Below are positions 1 to 8,228 of a stretch of DNA of 64,000 nucleotides, piece after piece. Numbering within the stretch: position 1 is the stretch's first letter; each line of letters opens with the position of its first letter. The notes beneath the pieces were generated by a model. That model had not been told where the DNA came from. It was given only the letters and a program-made list of their open reading frames with translations, and did not search any database. Source of the DNA: Candidatus Fermentibacteraceae bacterium (GTDB taxonomy: Bacteria; Fermentibacterota; Fermentibacteria; Fermentibacterales; JCC-6); contig JBGSZS010000008.1 in the NCBI GenBank assembly GCA_041750285.1, positions 1 to 64,000 on the forward strand, read 5' to 3'. A program made the translations under genes and the position numbers.

Positions 1-140
1 GAGGCATGGAGCGAGGGCAGGAAGTACTTTGATATGACTGAGTACTGGGAATGGGTGAAAACCCTCAGATCAGACCAACTCGCGGGGGAACCAGCCAGGG
101 AGGCGGTTCATGAATTTGCACACTAACTCGGGCTTGACCA
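1..140 (+). mobile_element. Right end of an IS256-family insertion sequence (transposase C-terminus plus terminal inverted repeat)
   Basis: Frame +1 (1-126) reads EAWSEGRKYFDMTEYWEWVK...EFAH*, matching the IS256 C-terminal E-W-x-x-G-R-x-Y-x-x-M pattern. It is followed by AATTTGCACACTAACTCGGGCTTGACC, an IS256-like end. The window cuts the rest of the element. Confidence 0.75.
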
Positions 141-1066
141 GAAGCCGTCTCTCCTCGTCCAGACTTAACCCAGAGTCTGTTTGAATCATCAATACCAATT
201 GGGTATCCAGAATTCCTGATTGAATCAGGTGACCAATCAGCAGACAGTTCTGCAGATGTTGACTCACTTCCTGGCCCGGGAATGATCAAATGTGGTCTTG
301 CAGCGAGGAGTTCATCCTCTGTCAGGAAAATGGTTTCCCATGGGAGTTCAACCTGAAATGAAATGTCCCCGGACAAAGAATATCCAATAATCTTGTACTC
401 CGTTTTTGATGAAGGCATCGTAAATAATCTTCCGTCATCAGCTGAAGCCATTCCACAGTAAACATGATCACTTGAGGAATGCGGAAAGAAATCCTCCTGA
501 TATACTCGGTCAGGTGTTATGGAATCGGACCAAAGACAATACTCTGCACCGCTGTACAACTCATCCGAATCCTCATCAAAGTACCAGCTCATTCTTCGCC
601 CAAAAACCGATTCACCTTGACCAGTACGAATGATGTCGGGTGCCATTGGTGAAAAACCTGTAATCTCTTTCTCTAGTTCAAGCCCGGAATTGAAGAAAAC
701 AACTTTCCCCTGTTGCACATCCGATACAGCAAACCCTCCGTTGGAAAGAGCTGTCAAAGAAAAGGGTGATATGAACTCACCAGGACCCATCCCTTCTCGC
801 CCAACGGAAGAAATGAATTCACCAGTGTTGGAGAAGACTAGTATCTTCCTCTGTAGTACATCAAGGAGCGCTATGCGACCATCAGAAAGATAAACGGCAT
901 CCAGTATTGCACCGAATACATAGTTTGAATCACCAAGCTCAATTCCAATTGAATCAGATTTTACCAAGTCATATGCCTGATAGTTATTGGTAGAGGAAAG
1001 TGTCGGCTCATTTGACTCACTGCACCCAATGTAAAAAGCCAGTAACAGCAATGCCAATGATTTCAT
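65..1066 (-). pseudogene. 6-bladed beta-propeller (NHL-like) lipoprotein, 3' end interrupted by the IS256 element; gene cassette
   Basis: Start MKSLALLLLAFYIGC (lipobox-like) at 1066. Propeller motifs GREGMGPGEFISP and IGIDDSNRLWV. Visibly AT-richer than the backbone. After ...GETAS the frame reads into IS sequence (GQARVSVQ...). Confidence 0.7.
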
Positions 1067-1089
1067 TGTCTTGTACACTTCGTTTTCCT

Positions 1090-1138
1090 TCACAACGCTC
1101 AGCATCAGCAGCTTGCCTGCTGCATGCTGTTGTTAACC
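1090..1138 (-). repeat. attC-like recombination site (49 bp)
   Basis: Minus strand: GGTTAAC-AACAG-CATGCAGC-AGGCAAGCT-GCTGATG-CTGAGC-GTTGTGA = R''(7)/5/L''(8, one extra base)/loop/L'(7)/6/R'(7). The toxin stop TAA lies inside R''. Confidence 0.8.
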
Positions 1139-1471
1139 CCCGATGATCTCATTCAGCCCAGCAACCACCCTGGCCAGATTCTCCGGAGAAAGCCTTGTGA
1201 TCTTCTCTCCCATGCGCTGGACTGACAGGGTTCTGATCTGGCTGATCTTGACCCAGGATCTTTTAGGCAGTTCCTCGTTTTCCAGACTCGAGGTCAAAGG
1301 GAAGCCTGCTCGTGGTTCCTGACTTGTTATGGCAACGGCGATTACGGTTCCAGAACGGTTGTTGAAGACATCGCTGCTCAGGATCAGGACGGGTCTGCGT
1401 CCGGACTGCTCATGTCCGATGCTCGGGTTCAGGTCCGCCCAGATGACATCGCCCCTCAGTATTGCGGCCAT
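1133..1471 (-). CDS. mazF: Type II toxin, PemK/MazF family endoribonuclease
   Basis: RGDVIWADLNPSIGHEQSGRRPVLILS and SQIRTLS motifs; 112 aa. Confidence 0.93.
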   Translation of the reverse strand: MAAILRGDVIWADLNPSIGHEQSGRRPVLILSSDVFNNRSGTVIAVAITSQEPRAGFPLTSSLENEELPKRSWVKISQIRTLSVQRMGEKITRLSPENLARVVAGLNEIIGG

Positions 1472-1698
1472 GATCCTTTTTCATAACTCATGCCTTCTTC
1501 AGCGATGGCCACTTCCTGCTCGGGATCGAGCTTGGAGCACTCGCGAGCCAGTCGGGATCCTGATGTTCTTTCCAAAAGTTCTTGTACAGCTTCCTGAATG
1601 GCTCCGCTCCGGCTGGGATACCGTGCTTCCGATACGAGATCATCCAGTTGCTTCAGCATCGTCTCGCTGAGGCTTATGGCGATTTTCGAAGTTCTCAT
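1456..1698 (-). CDS. Ribbon-helix-helix (CopG-like) antitoxin
   Basis: MRTSKIAISLSETMLKQLD...YPSRSGAIQEAV RHH pattern. GGAGGTG RBS before ATG 1698. Overlaps the toxin start. Confidence 0.88.
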   Translation of the reverse strand: MRTSKIAISLSETMLKQLDDLVSEARYPSRSGAIQEAVQELLERTSGSRLARECSKLDPEQEVAIAEEGMSYEKGSWPQY

Positions 1699-1710
1699 GG
1701 CTTCACCTCC

Positions 1711-1731
1711 GGTAATACCATCGGTCATACC
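1711..1731 (-). promoter_or_regulatory. Probable antitoxin operator (GGTATGACC-GAT-GGTATTACC)
   Basis: Two near-palindromic 9-mers directly upstream of the antitoxin RBS, with a TTGACG hexamer at 1740-1745. Confidence 0.5.
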
Positions 1732-1746
1732 TTCGATTTCGTCAAG

Positions 1747-1805
1747 GGTTAACATTCGATTAACCTGCGAGCCTTTGGCGAGACAGGTTGAATGGTTTTT
1801 CCCTG
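1747..1805 (-). repeat. attC-like site with degenerate R'' box
   Basis: Minus strand: CAGGGAA-AAACC-ATTCAACC-...-GGTTAAT-CGAAT-GTTAACC. L''/L' pair with an extra C. R' GTTAACC is the exact complement of R'' GGTTAAC at the other end of the TA cassette. The C of AAC is missing in R''. Confidence 0.7.
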
Positions 1806-1883
1806 ACGCTTGTCACATTCTGGGACGTTCGCAGCCCTTTGAGAATGACCAAGCGCAGCCTGCCAGGAGTGCTGCGCTGCTCA

Positions 1884-2750
1884 TCATGCCTCTCCAGAGT
1901 GCCCCGGGATGGTGGGCATGAATCGATGACCGATCTTGCGTGCTGCCAGCCGAAACAGCCCAGCCAGAATCGCCACGGCGACGAGGAGAAACGCGAGCCG
2001 CATCTGGGCCGACCAATCCGCAAGCCAAAAGGGCTTGAAGGCATAGTCGGCTGTCGCATTGAAGAGCCCGTGAAACCATATACAGAGAAACAGGCTGCGC
2101 CCGCTCCATTGCCAGATCAGTGAATAGATGTAGGAGAGAAGCACAACCATCAGAACATACGCAGGAAGATAGATTTCCATGGGGATGCCGTCCCGGAAGT
2201 CGGGAAACAGCCAGATGATGGGAAGGTGCCAAAGTGCCCAGATGATGCCCAGGAGGAGACTCGAGTGCACCATGCTGTAGCGTTCCAGAAGTCGGGGCAA
2301 CAGATAGCCACGCCAACCACCTTCCTCACCCAGTGGACCGGCACCGAAAATGATGGACATAAGACCATTCAGGATGGCGGCGGGGAAAAGCGTTACATAG
2401 GCCATCAGTGGTGAGCCGCCGTCAAGTTCGGCGGGATTGGGGCGGAATCCGAGTACAACGGTCATGGCTAGGAAGATCAGCGGGAGGGGAAGCAACGATA
2501 AGGCGTATACACGCAAGTTGATGCGCAACCTGACGAAACACTTCAGCCACGTCCGAATCCCCTTGCCCTGACCAAGAAGCAGGATAGCGGCAGCTATGCC
2601 TGGACCAAAGGATCCGGCCATGATCCATGGCATGAAGGCATCCAGAGATGTAGAACGGCCGGCAAGATGCCAGCCGATGAGCCACAGGCTCCAACTAATC
2701 GCATAGGTGAGAACAACGTACAACACTATGTCCTTCATCCGCCTGATCAT
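1884..2750 (-). CDS. CPBP (CAAX protease/Abi) family intramembrane metalloprotease; gene cassette
   Basis: GEEGGWRGYLLPRL, IWALWHLP and HGLFN motifs; multiple hydrophobic helices. Start at 2750 or 2738. Confidence 0.9.
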   Translation of the reverse strand: MIRRMKDIVLYVVLTYAISWSLWLIGWHLAGRSTSLDAFMPWIMAGSFGPGIAAAILLLGQGKGIRTWLKCFVRLRINLRVYALSLLPLPLIFLAMTVVLGFRPNPAELDGGSPLMAYVTLFPAAILNGLMSIIFGAGPLGEEGGWRGYLLPRLLERYSMVHSSLLLGIIWALWHLPIIWLFPDFRDGIPMEIYLPAYVLMVVLLSYIYSLIWQWSGRSLFLCIWFHGLFNATADYAFKPFWLADWSAQMRLAFLLVAVAILAGLFRLAARKIGHRFMPTIPGHSGEA

Positions 2751-3123
2751 CCCGGATTCCTTCGACAGAAAGCACAGTATCAAACCCAGTTTCCCACTGC
2801 CCCAAGACACCAACAGTGCCCGATGCTGTTACATGCAGAAGTGGATGTACGCAATGCAGCCAGGAGGGGTAGGAGAAACGGGAGCCAGGCAAATCTGCAG
2901 AGCGTTTGCCGCAATGAGCGACAGCGAAGCCTTGCTGGCTTGGCTATTCCTTGTGGCGCATCCGTGGACGTGGTCACCCGCCCAGACGGGTTCCAGGCCT
3001 GAGTGCCTGCTTCCTGAAGCTAGTCCTCAGCTTGCCGGATGAAAAGAAACACGGTGGCTGAGCCCCACAGAATCGGCCCCTTGAGGACACCCGGATTCGG
3101 TGGGGCTCAGCGTCCCCAGCGTC

Positions 3124-3174
3124 AGGGAACAATTCTTCTGCTACCATCTGCATAAGCAGGATTTTCTGTTCAAC
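3124..3174 (-). repeat. attC/attI-like site at the head of the cassette array (51 bp)
   Basis: Minus strand: GTTGAAC-AGAAA-ATCCTGCT-...-AGCAGAA-GAATT-GTTCCCT. The core GTTCCCTGACGCT is complementary to AGCGTCAGGGAA at the far end of the CAAX cassette (1799-1810). Confidence 0.55.
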
Positions 3175-3180
3175 GGCTTG

Positions 3181-3209
3181 AGAATGATGTTCAGTCTTTT
3201 ATGTGTCAA
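3181..3209 (-). promoter_or_regulatory. sigma70-type promoter pointing into the cassette array (Pc-like)
   Basis: TTGACA-N17-CATTCT on the minus strand, 6 bp upstream of the first att-like site. Confidence 0.65.
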
Positions 3210-3291
3210 GGGCGATAGCCTGACATGGCAGTTCCGGGAAAGGAGTCACTGAAAAGTAAGGTAAATACCAGTTCGATCTGCTCATACGGTT

Positions 3292-3327
3292 CCCGGGCGG
3301 GATTGTCCATGGGACATCCCGCCCGGG
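3292..3327 (-). terminator. GC-rich hairpin downstream of the M42 peptidase operon
   Basis: CCCGGGCGGGAT...ATCCCGCCCGGG 12-bp inverted repeat; no clear U-tract. Confidence 0.45.
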
Positions 3328-3374
3328 TCACGCTTCAGAAGCAGTTTTCTATGCCAGTCTTGATCCCCGCGCTT

Positions 3375-4406
3375 CTACAGCTTGAACAGATGCGCCTTGT
3401 TCAGGAACTCAACGAGCAGCTCGACTGCGGTCTCCACGTCATGTCTGTGCACCACTGAAACAGGGCTGTGGCCGTTGCGTGTGGGAATGGAAAGGCATGT
3501 GGCGTGGGTTCCCCCGCCGAATTTCTGCATGGAGCTGGTGTCGGTGCCTCCGGCGAGAAGGATCTCCATCTGATGGTCGATCTTCTTCTCCTCGGCGGTC
3601 TTCCTTATGAACTCCACAAGGCTGGTCGAGCTTATCACACTGGAGTCCTGCACCTTGATGGCTACACCCTTGCCGAGCTGGCAGATCCGTCTGTAGGGGA
3701 GCCATCCCGGGGTGTCGGCGGAACCCGTGATGTCGGCGGCGATGCCAATGTGGGGTTCGATGGACATTGCGGCAACGGTGGAGCCCCTGAGGCCCACCTC
3801 CTCCTGGGAGGTGCCGACGCAGTAGACGTCGATGTTCGGGTTGTCGTAGCGCTTGAAGGCCTCGGCTATGATGTAGACCCCGACCCTGTCGTCGAACGCC
3901 TTGGCGAGGAAGCAGTCCCCCATCTCCCGAAAGGGCGTGTCCATGCTGACCCAGTCGCCCCTCTCCACCATCTCCTTGACCTTGTCGCCGGGAAGGCCGA
4001 AGTCGAGGAAGAGCTTCTCGAGCTCCATGTGCTGTTTTGGGGCTTCGGCGGAGGATGCGGGGTGATGGCAGACAACTGCGGGGAGAACACCAGCCTTTCT
4101 TGTGTGGACCCTCACGCTGTGGCCGAAGATGCTCGTGGCCTGCCAGCCGCCCACAGGGGCAATGCTGGCGTAGCCGTTGTCGTCGATGTTGTAGATGAGG
4201 AAGCCTATCTCGTCGATGTGGCCGGCAAGCATGACCCTGAGATTGTCTTCGCCGCCGTCTCCGTGTTTTACGGCAATGAAGTTCTTCATGGGGTCGGTGT
4301 AGGTCTCGTCGGCTATCTCGCCCAGCTCGGATATGAGAAGATCGAGTACCGCATCTTCCCTGCCGCTTATGCCGTCTGTCTCACACAGTTTTTTAAGAAG
4401 CTCCAT
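3375..4406 (-). CDS. M42 family metallopeptidase (TET-like aminopeptidase/endoglucanase)
   Basis: GISGRE, AGHIDEIG, KAFDDRVG, QEEVGLRG, GGTD and HSP motifs. Confidence 0.93.
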   Translation of the reverse strand: MELLKKLCETDGISGREDAVLDLLISELGEIADETYTDPMKNFIAVKHGDGGEDNLRVMLAGHIDEIGFLIYNIDDNGYASIAPVGGWQATSIFGHSVRVHTRKAGVLPAVVCHHPASSAEAPKQHMELEKLFLDFGLPGDKVKEMVERGDWVSMDTPFREMGDCFLAKAFDDRVGVYIIAEAFKRYDNPNIDVYCVGTSQEEVGLRGSTVAAMSIEPHIGIAADITGSADTPGWLPYRRICQLGKGVAIKVQDSSVISSTSLVEFIRKTAEEKKIDHQMEILLAGGTDTSSMQKFGGGTHATCLSIPTRNGHSPVSVVHRHDVETAVELLVEFLNKAHLFKL

Positions 4407-4407
4407 G

Positions 4408-5298
4408 TCAGTGTCCCCCTTCAGAGGCGCCGGTCCAGGAAAAACCTGCGGCGTCGTCGAATACTCCGGGTTTGTCGCCGGCGAAAGAGATCGAAGCAAG
4501 AACTGTCTCTGCGGCAGTCCCGGGTTCGAGGCCGAACTCGAGAATCAGGTTCAGGTAGTAGATCTCGATGATGCCGCTTGCGGACCAGTCCACGGACCTG
4601 TCGTAGCCCGATATGAACACGTCGTCTGAAAGCCTTTCCACAAGGTCGGGAAGCCTCCCGCCCATGATCTCGCACGCGGAGAAGTGAACGAGCCTTGCGT
4701 TCCCGGATACCGTTCTTATGCACTCCAGAAGGGTTGCCAGGGGAATCGTTCCCTCGCGGCAGCTCACACCGTCAACCGTGGCATGTGACGCAATGAGAAG
4801 GTAAAGGTCACCCTGAAGCATGGAGGCCTCGGTGCAGAGGCTTTGAAGGTCTTCCGCGCTGTGGAACCAGCGGTGCCTGACCTGAACACCGGGAACCCTC
4901 CTGAACCACTCGGTGAGCATCCATCCGAACGAGTACTGGGGTTCGTCGATGAACTCCTCCCACTCGGCCTCGAGGATGACGAGCCACTTCCCGCCCGCGT
5001 CGGAGCCGATGAGGAACCCCTCCCACGCTGACCAGGAGGTTCCCCCCTCGGGGCGCCACATCCCGCTTATCCTTCCGTCTGTCAGTTCGAACCAGCCCTC
5101 GCCCCGGGCATCGGCCTCTGTGTAGGTGAAGACAAGCCTCCCCGACGGTTCGACGGTTCCCTCGATGCTGCTTATGCCACCGTAGGAATAGTAACCGGTT
5201 ACTTCGTTCCCGTTCTGTGTCAGAACCATCCTGCCGTATGTGGTGTCCCACGAGCCGGAAAAGTCGGTCGTGGCAAGAAGGGCCATCAGGATCAGCAT
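4408..5298 (-). CDS. Secreted hypothetical protein: N-terminal small beta-barrel plus possible clan-CD (caspase/CHAT-like) domain
   Basis: Short signal peptide; FSGSWDTTYGRMVLTQ beta module; LLIASHA...VHFSAC His/Cys spacing; coupled to alaS and the M42 gene. Confidence 0.5.
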   Translation of the reverse strand: MLILMALLATTDFSGSWDTTYGRMVLTQNGNEVTGYYSYGGISSIEGTVEPSGRLVFTYTEADARGEGWFELTDGRISGMWRPEGGTSWSAWEGFLIGSDAGGKWLVILEAEWEEFIDEPQYSFGWMLTEWFRRVPGVQVRHRWFHSAEDLQSLCTEASMLQGDLYLLIASHATVDGVSCREGTIPLATLLECIRTVSGNARLVHFSACEIMGGRLPDLVERLSDDVFISGYDRSVDWSASGIIEIYYLNLILEFGLEPGTAAETVLASISFAGDKPGVFDDAAGFSWTGASEGGH

Positions 5299-7091
5299 GT
5301 TTTCTCCTCGAGGACCGCCCGTATGCGGCGTATCCCACGTGACGAGCTTTTCTCGGAAAGGATGCGGAACCCAACGAGCTCGGCCGTGTTGCCGACATGG
5401 GGGCCGCCGCAGATCTCCTCGGAAAAGTCCCTGATGCAGTAAACCTTCACCTTCTCGCCGTACCTGTCCTTGAAAAGGCCAAGGGCGCCCGCTTCCAGAG
5501 CGGCTTCGGGTGTCATCTCGCGCACTGTCACCTCAAGCCCCGCCCTGATCGCCTGGTTCACGAGCTCTTCGACGGCGTGTATCTCTTCCGGCGTCATGGG
5601 GTCGGGGTGGCTGAAGTCGAACCTTAGCCTCTGGTCGGTGATGTTGGAGCCCTTCTGGGCCACGTGATCGCCAAGGACCTTCCTGAGGGCGGCGTGAAGC
5701 AGGTGGGTGGCTGTATGAAGCCTTGTGACAAGGTCGCTGTGGTCGGCGAGACCGCCCTTGAACTTCTGTTCGGCGCCCTTCCTGGAAAGCTCCCTGTGCC
5801 TGTCGAAGGCTTCGGTGAAACCCTCCATGTCAACCGTCATGCCCTCTTCCGAGGCAAGGTCGGCCGTGAACTCGACGGGGAAACCGTATGTGTCGTAGAG
5901 CCTGAACGCAACCCTGCCGGGAATGACTTTCGACGGGTTCTTCTGAAGGTTGGGAAGAAGCTTCTGGAACTCTTTAACACCGGTCTGGAGGGTCTTACCG
6001 AAAAGCTCCTCCTCCCTCTGAAGCTCTTCCCTTATCCTGCAGGCGTTGCGCGCAAGCTCGGGGCAGCACCCGCTCTCGTTCCTTACTACCTGTTCGGCAA
6101 GTTTCCAGGTGAACCCCTCGGGTATGCCAAGCTTCATCCCGTGCCGTGCGGCAAGCCTTATGAGGCGCCTGAGCACGTAGCCCTGGTCGAGGTTGGACGG
6201 GGCAACGCCCAGGTCGTCGCCGAGGATGTGTGTGGCGCTTCTGATGTGGTCGGCGATAATGCGCATGCTTCTGAGCTGCTGGCAGGTGGGGTCGCCTGTT
6301 ATCCCCGCGAGTTCCCTGATTCCCTTGAAAATGCCCTGGAACTCCTCGATCCCGTACACGCTGTCATGGCCCTGGAGCATGGCTACGGTTCTCTCCACGC
6401 CCATGCCCGTGTCCACGCTGCGCAGCTCCATGGGCTCGTACGTCCCCTCAGGGGTCTTGCGGTACTGCATGAAGACGTCGTTCCAGACCTCGAAATACTT
6501 CCCGCAGGAGCAGCCCGGCCGGCATGACTCGCCGCAGGGAGCCCTGCCGGTGTCGAAGAACATCTCGGTGTCGGGGCCGCAGGGGCCGGTTTTGCCTGTG
6601 GGACCCCACCAGTTGTCCTCCATGCCCAGATAGTGGATGCGGCTTTCCGGGATGCCGGCCTCTTTCCAGAGGGCAGCTGCCTCGTGGTCGGGAGGGACGA
6701 GATCGTTGCCGCCAAAGACGGTCACGGAGAGCCTGTCGGGGTCGAATCCCAGCCACTGCTTCCCTGTGAGGAACTCGTAGCTCCAGGTGATGGCCTCGCG
6801 CTTGAAGTAGTCGCCGAGCGACCAGTTCCCCAGCATCCTGAAAAAGGTGAGGTGTGAGGCGTCCCCCACCGAGTCGATGTCGCCGGTCCTGATGCACTTC
6901 TGTACATCCACCAGACGACGGCCGACCGGGTGCTTCTCGCCGAGAAGGAAGGGGACAAGGGGCTGCATTCCCGCGGGGGTGAATAGAATGGTGGAATCGT
7001 TCTCGGGTATGAGAGAGGCGCCCGGAATGACCGAGTGCCCCTTACCCCTGAAGAACTCGATGTAGAGTTCCACCAGGCGGCTCGTGGTCAT
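5292..7091 (-). CDS. alaS: Alanine--tRNA ligase (short form lacking the C-Ala domain)
   Basis: AGMQP, QKCIRTGDID, VDTGMGVER, HTATHLLH and CGGPHV motifs; ends just after the editing domain (599 aa). Confidence 0.96.
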   Translation of the reverse strand: MTTSRLVELYIEFFRGKGHSVIPGASLIPENDSTILFTPAGMQPLVPFLLGEKHPVGRRLVDVQKCIRTGDIDSVGDASHLTFFRMLGNWSLGDYFKREAITWSYEFLTGKQWLGFDPDRLSVTVFGGNDLVPPDHEAAALWKEAGIPESRIHYLGMEDNWWGPTGKTGPCGPDTEMFFDTGRAPCGESCRPGCSCGKYFEVWNDVFMQYRKTPEGTYEPMELRSVDTGMGVERTVAMLQGHDSVYGIEEFQGIFKGIRELAGITGDPTCQQLRSMRIIADHIRSATHILGDDLGVAPSNLDQGYVLRRLIRLAARHGMKLGIPEGFTWKLAEQVVRNESGCCPELARNACRIREELQREEELFGKTLQTGVKEFQKLLPNLQKNPSKVIPGRVAFRLYDTYGFPVEFTADLASEEGMTVDMEGFTEAFDRHRELSRKGAEQKFKGGLADHSDLVTRLHTATHLLHAALRKVLGDHVAQKGSNITDQRLRFDFSHPDPMTPEEIHAVEELVNQAIRAGLEVTVREMTPEAALEAGALGLFKDRYGEKVKVYCIRDFSEEICGGPHVGNTAELVGFRILSEKSSSRGIRRIRAVLEEKTC

Positions 7092-7094
7092 GTT

Positions 7095-8219
7095 CTAGAA
7101 CTCCTTCTGGAATATCCTGTACCGCTTGTAGACGTCGGCGTTGATTTCCTTCTCGAGAATGGCCCGCATGGGGGTGTTGTTCTCAAGCACCCATGACATT
7201 TCGCCCCTGGCCATTCCCAGCCGGTGGCTCTCCCTTACCATGCTGTCGACGATGAGGGCTTCGAGCCCCCTTCCCCTGAACTCCTTCTTGACTCCCATCA
7301 GCATGACCCTCACCCTGTCGATCTTCACTTTGAATGGGGGCACCTTCAGGGCCAGAATCGTGGGAAGAAGCCTTCCTCCTCCCCTTGAGATACCCATGTT
7401 GGCGTCGGGAAGGGCAACACCGAAGGCAACGGGGACACCGTTGAACTCGACCACCGGCGCCATGGAGGGAACCAGCATCATCTTCATCTCCTGGGCCAGC
7501 CCGTCGAACTCCCTGGCGGTTATGGGGACGAAGCCCCAGTTCTCGCACCAGCATTCGCGATAGATGTCCATCACTATCCTGAGGTCTTCACGGAAGCGTT
7601 TCATGTTCAGGGGACGAAGCGTCACGTTCTCGCGGCGACGCACAAGGTCAGCTACACGTGCGAGCCTGTCGAAGCTGTGGACGTCCTTCTCGGCCCAGTA
7701 GGCCAGAAGGTCCATCTCCTTGTGGAAACCCGCACCGAGGATGAGCTCTTCGTACCATGGCGGGTTGTGCGGCATCATAATCATGGGAGGGGTCTGAAAG
7801 CCCTCGACCAGGCAGCCGCAGGTCTCGTTGGTGCTGAAGTTGAAGGGGCCCTGGACCCTCTCCATGCCCCTTTCCCTCACCCAGTCCGAAGCGGCGTTGA
7901 GCAGTGCGGTTGCAGCCTCCTGGTTGCGGAAGGTCTCGAAAAAGCCGAAGTGCCCGGTCTTCTCGCCGTGGTAGTCCACGAAGGCATGGTTCACGATGGC
8001 GCATACCCTCCCAACCGCTTTGCCCGAATCATCCCTGGCCAGGAAGAACTCGACATCGGCATGCTCATGGAAGGGGTGGCGTTTTCTGTCCAGGCTGTTC
8101 CTGGCGTCCATGAAAAGCGCCGGTACCCAGTACGGGTCCCTTCCGTTCACCTGGAAGGGAAGCGTTATGTACTCGCGCTTCTGTCCCGGACTCTCAACCC
8201 TCTCGACGTTCAGCGGCAT
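7095..8219 (-). CDS. YghO-like GNAT N-acyltransferase (bacterial ceramide synthase bCerS-like)
   Basis: HPFHEH, GRVCAI, GHFGFFE, GPFNFSTNETCG, MMPHNPPWY, NWGFVP and SWVLENN motifs; directly downstream of the spt-like gene. Confidence 0.75.
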   Translation of the reverse strand: MPLNVERVESPGQKREYITLPFQVNGRDPYWVPALFMDARNSLDRKRHPFHEHADVEFFLARDDSGKAVGRVCAIVNHAFVDYHGEKTGHFGFFETFRNQEAATALLNAASDWVRERGMERVQGPFNFSTNETCGCLVEGFQTPPMIMMPHNPPWYEELILGAGFHKEMDLLAYWAEKDVHSFDRLARVADLVRRRENVTLRPLNMKRFREDLRIVMDIYRECWCENWGFVPITAREFDGLAQEMKMMLVPSMAPVVEFNGVPVAFGVALPDANMGISRGGGRLLPTILALKVPPFKVKIDRVRVMLMGVKKEFRGRGLEALIVDSMVRESHRLGMARGEMSWVLENNTPMRAILEKEINADVYKRYRIFQKEF

Positions 8220-8228
8220 CTTTTCCCT

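Noticed and set aside
1852..1878. AGCGCAGC/GCTGCGCT hairpin after the CAAX gene as a fourth attC
   Set aside because: No AAC/GTT boxes at the right spacing; at most a weak terminator.
2707..3042. Short ORFs on both strands in the leader of the CAAX cassette
   Set aside because: No recognisable motif or RBS; a decayed gene cannot be supported from sequence alone.
3225..3458. ORF at the position where an integron integrase would be expected
   Set aside because: 77 aa, no tyrosine-recombinase R-H-R-Y motifs, and it overlaps the M42 gene antisense.
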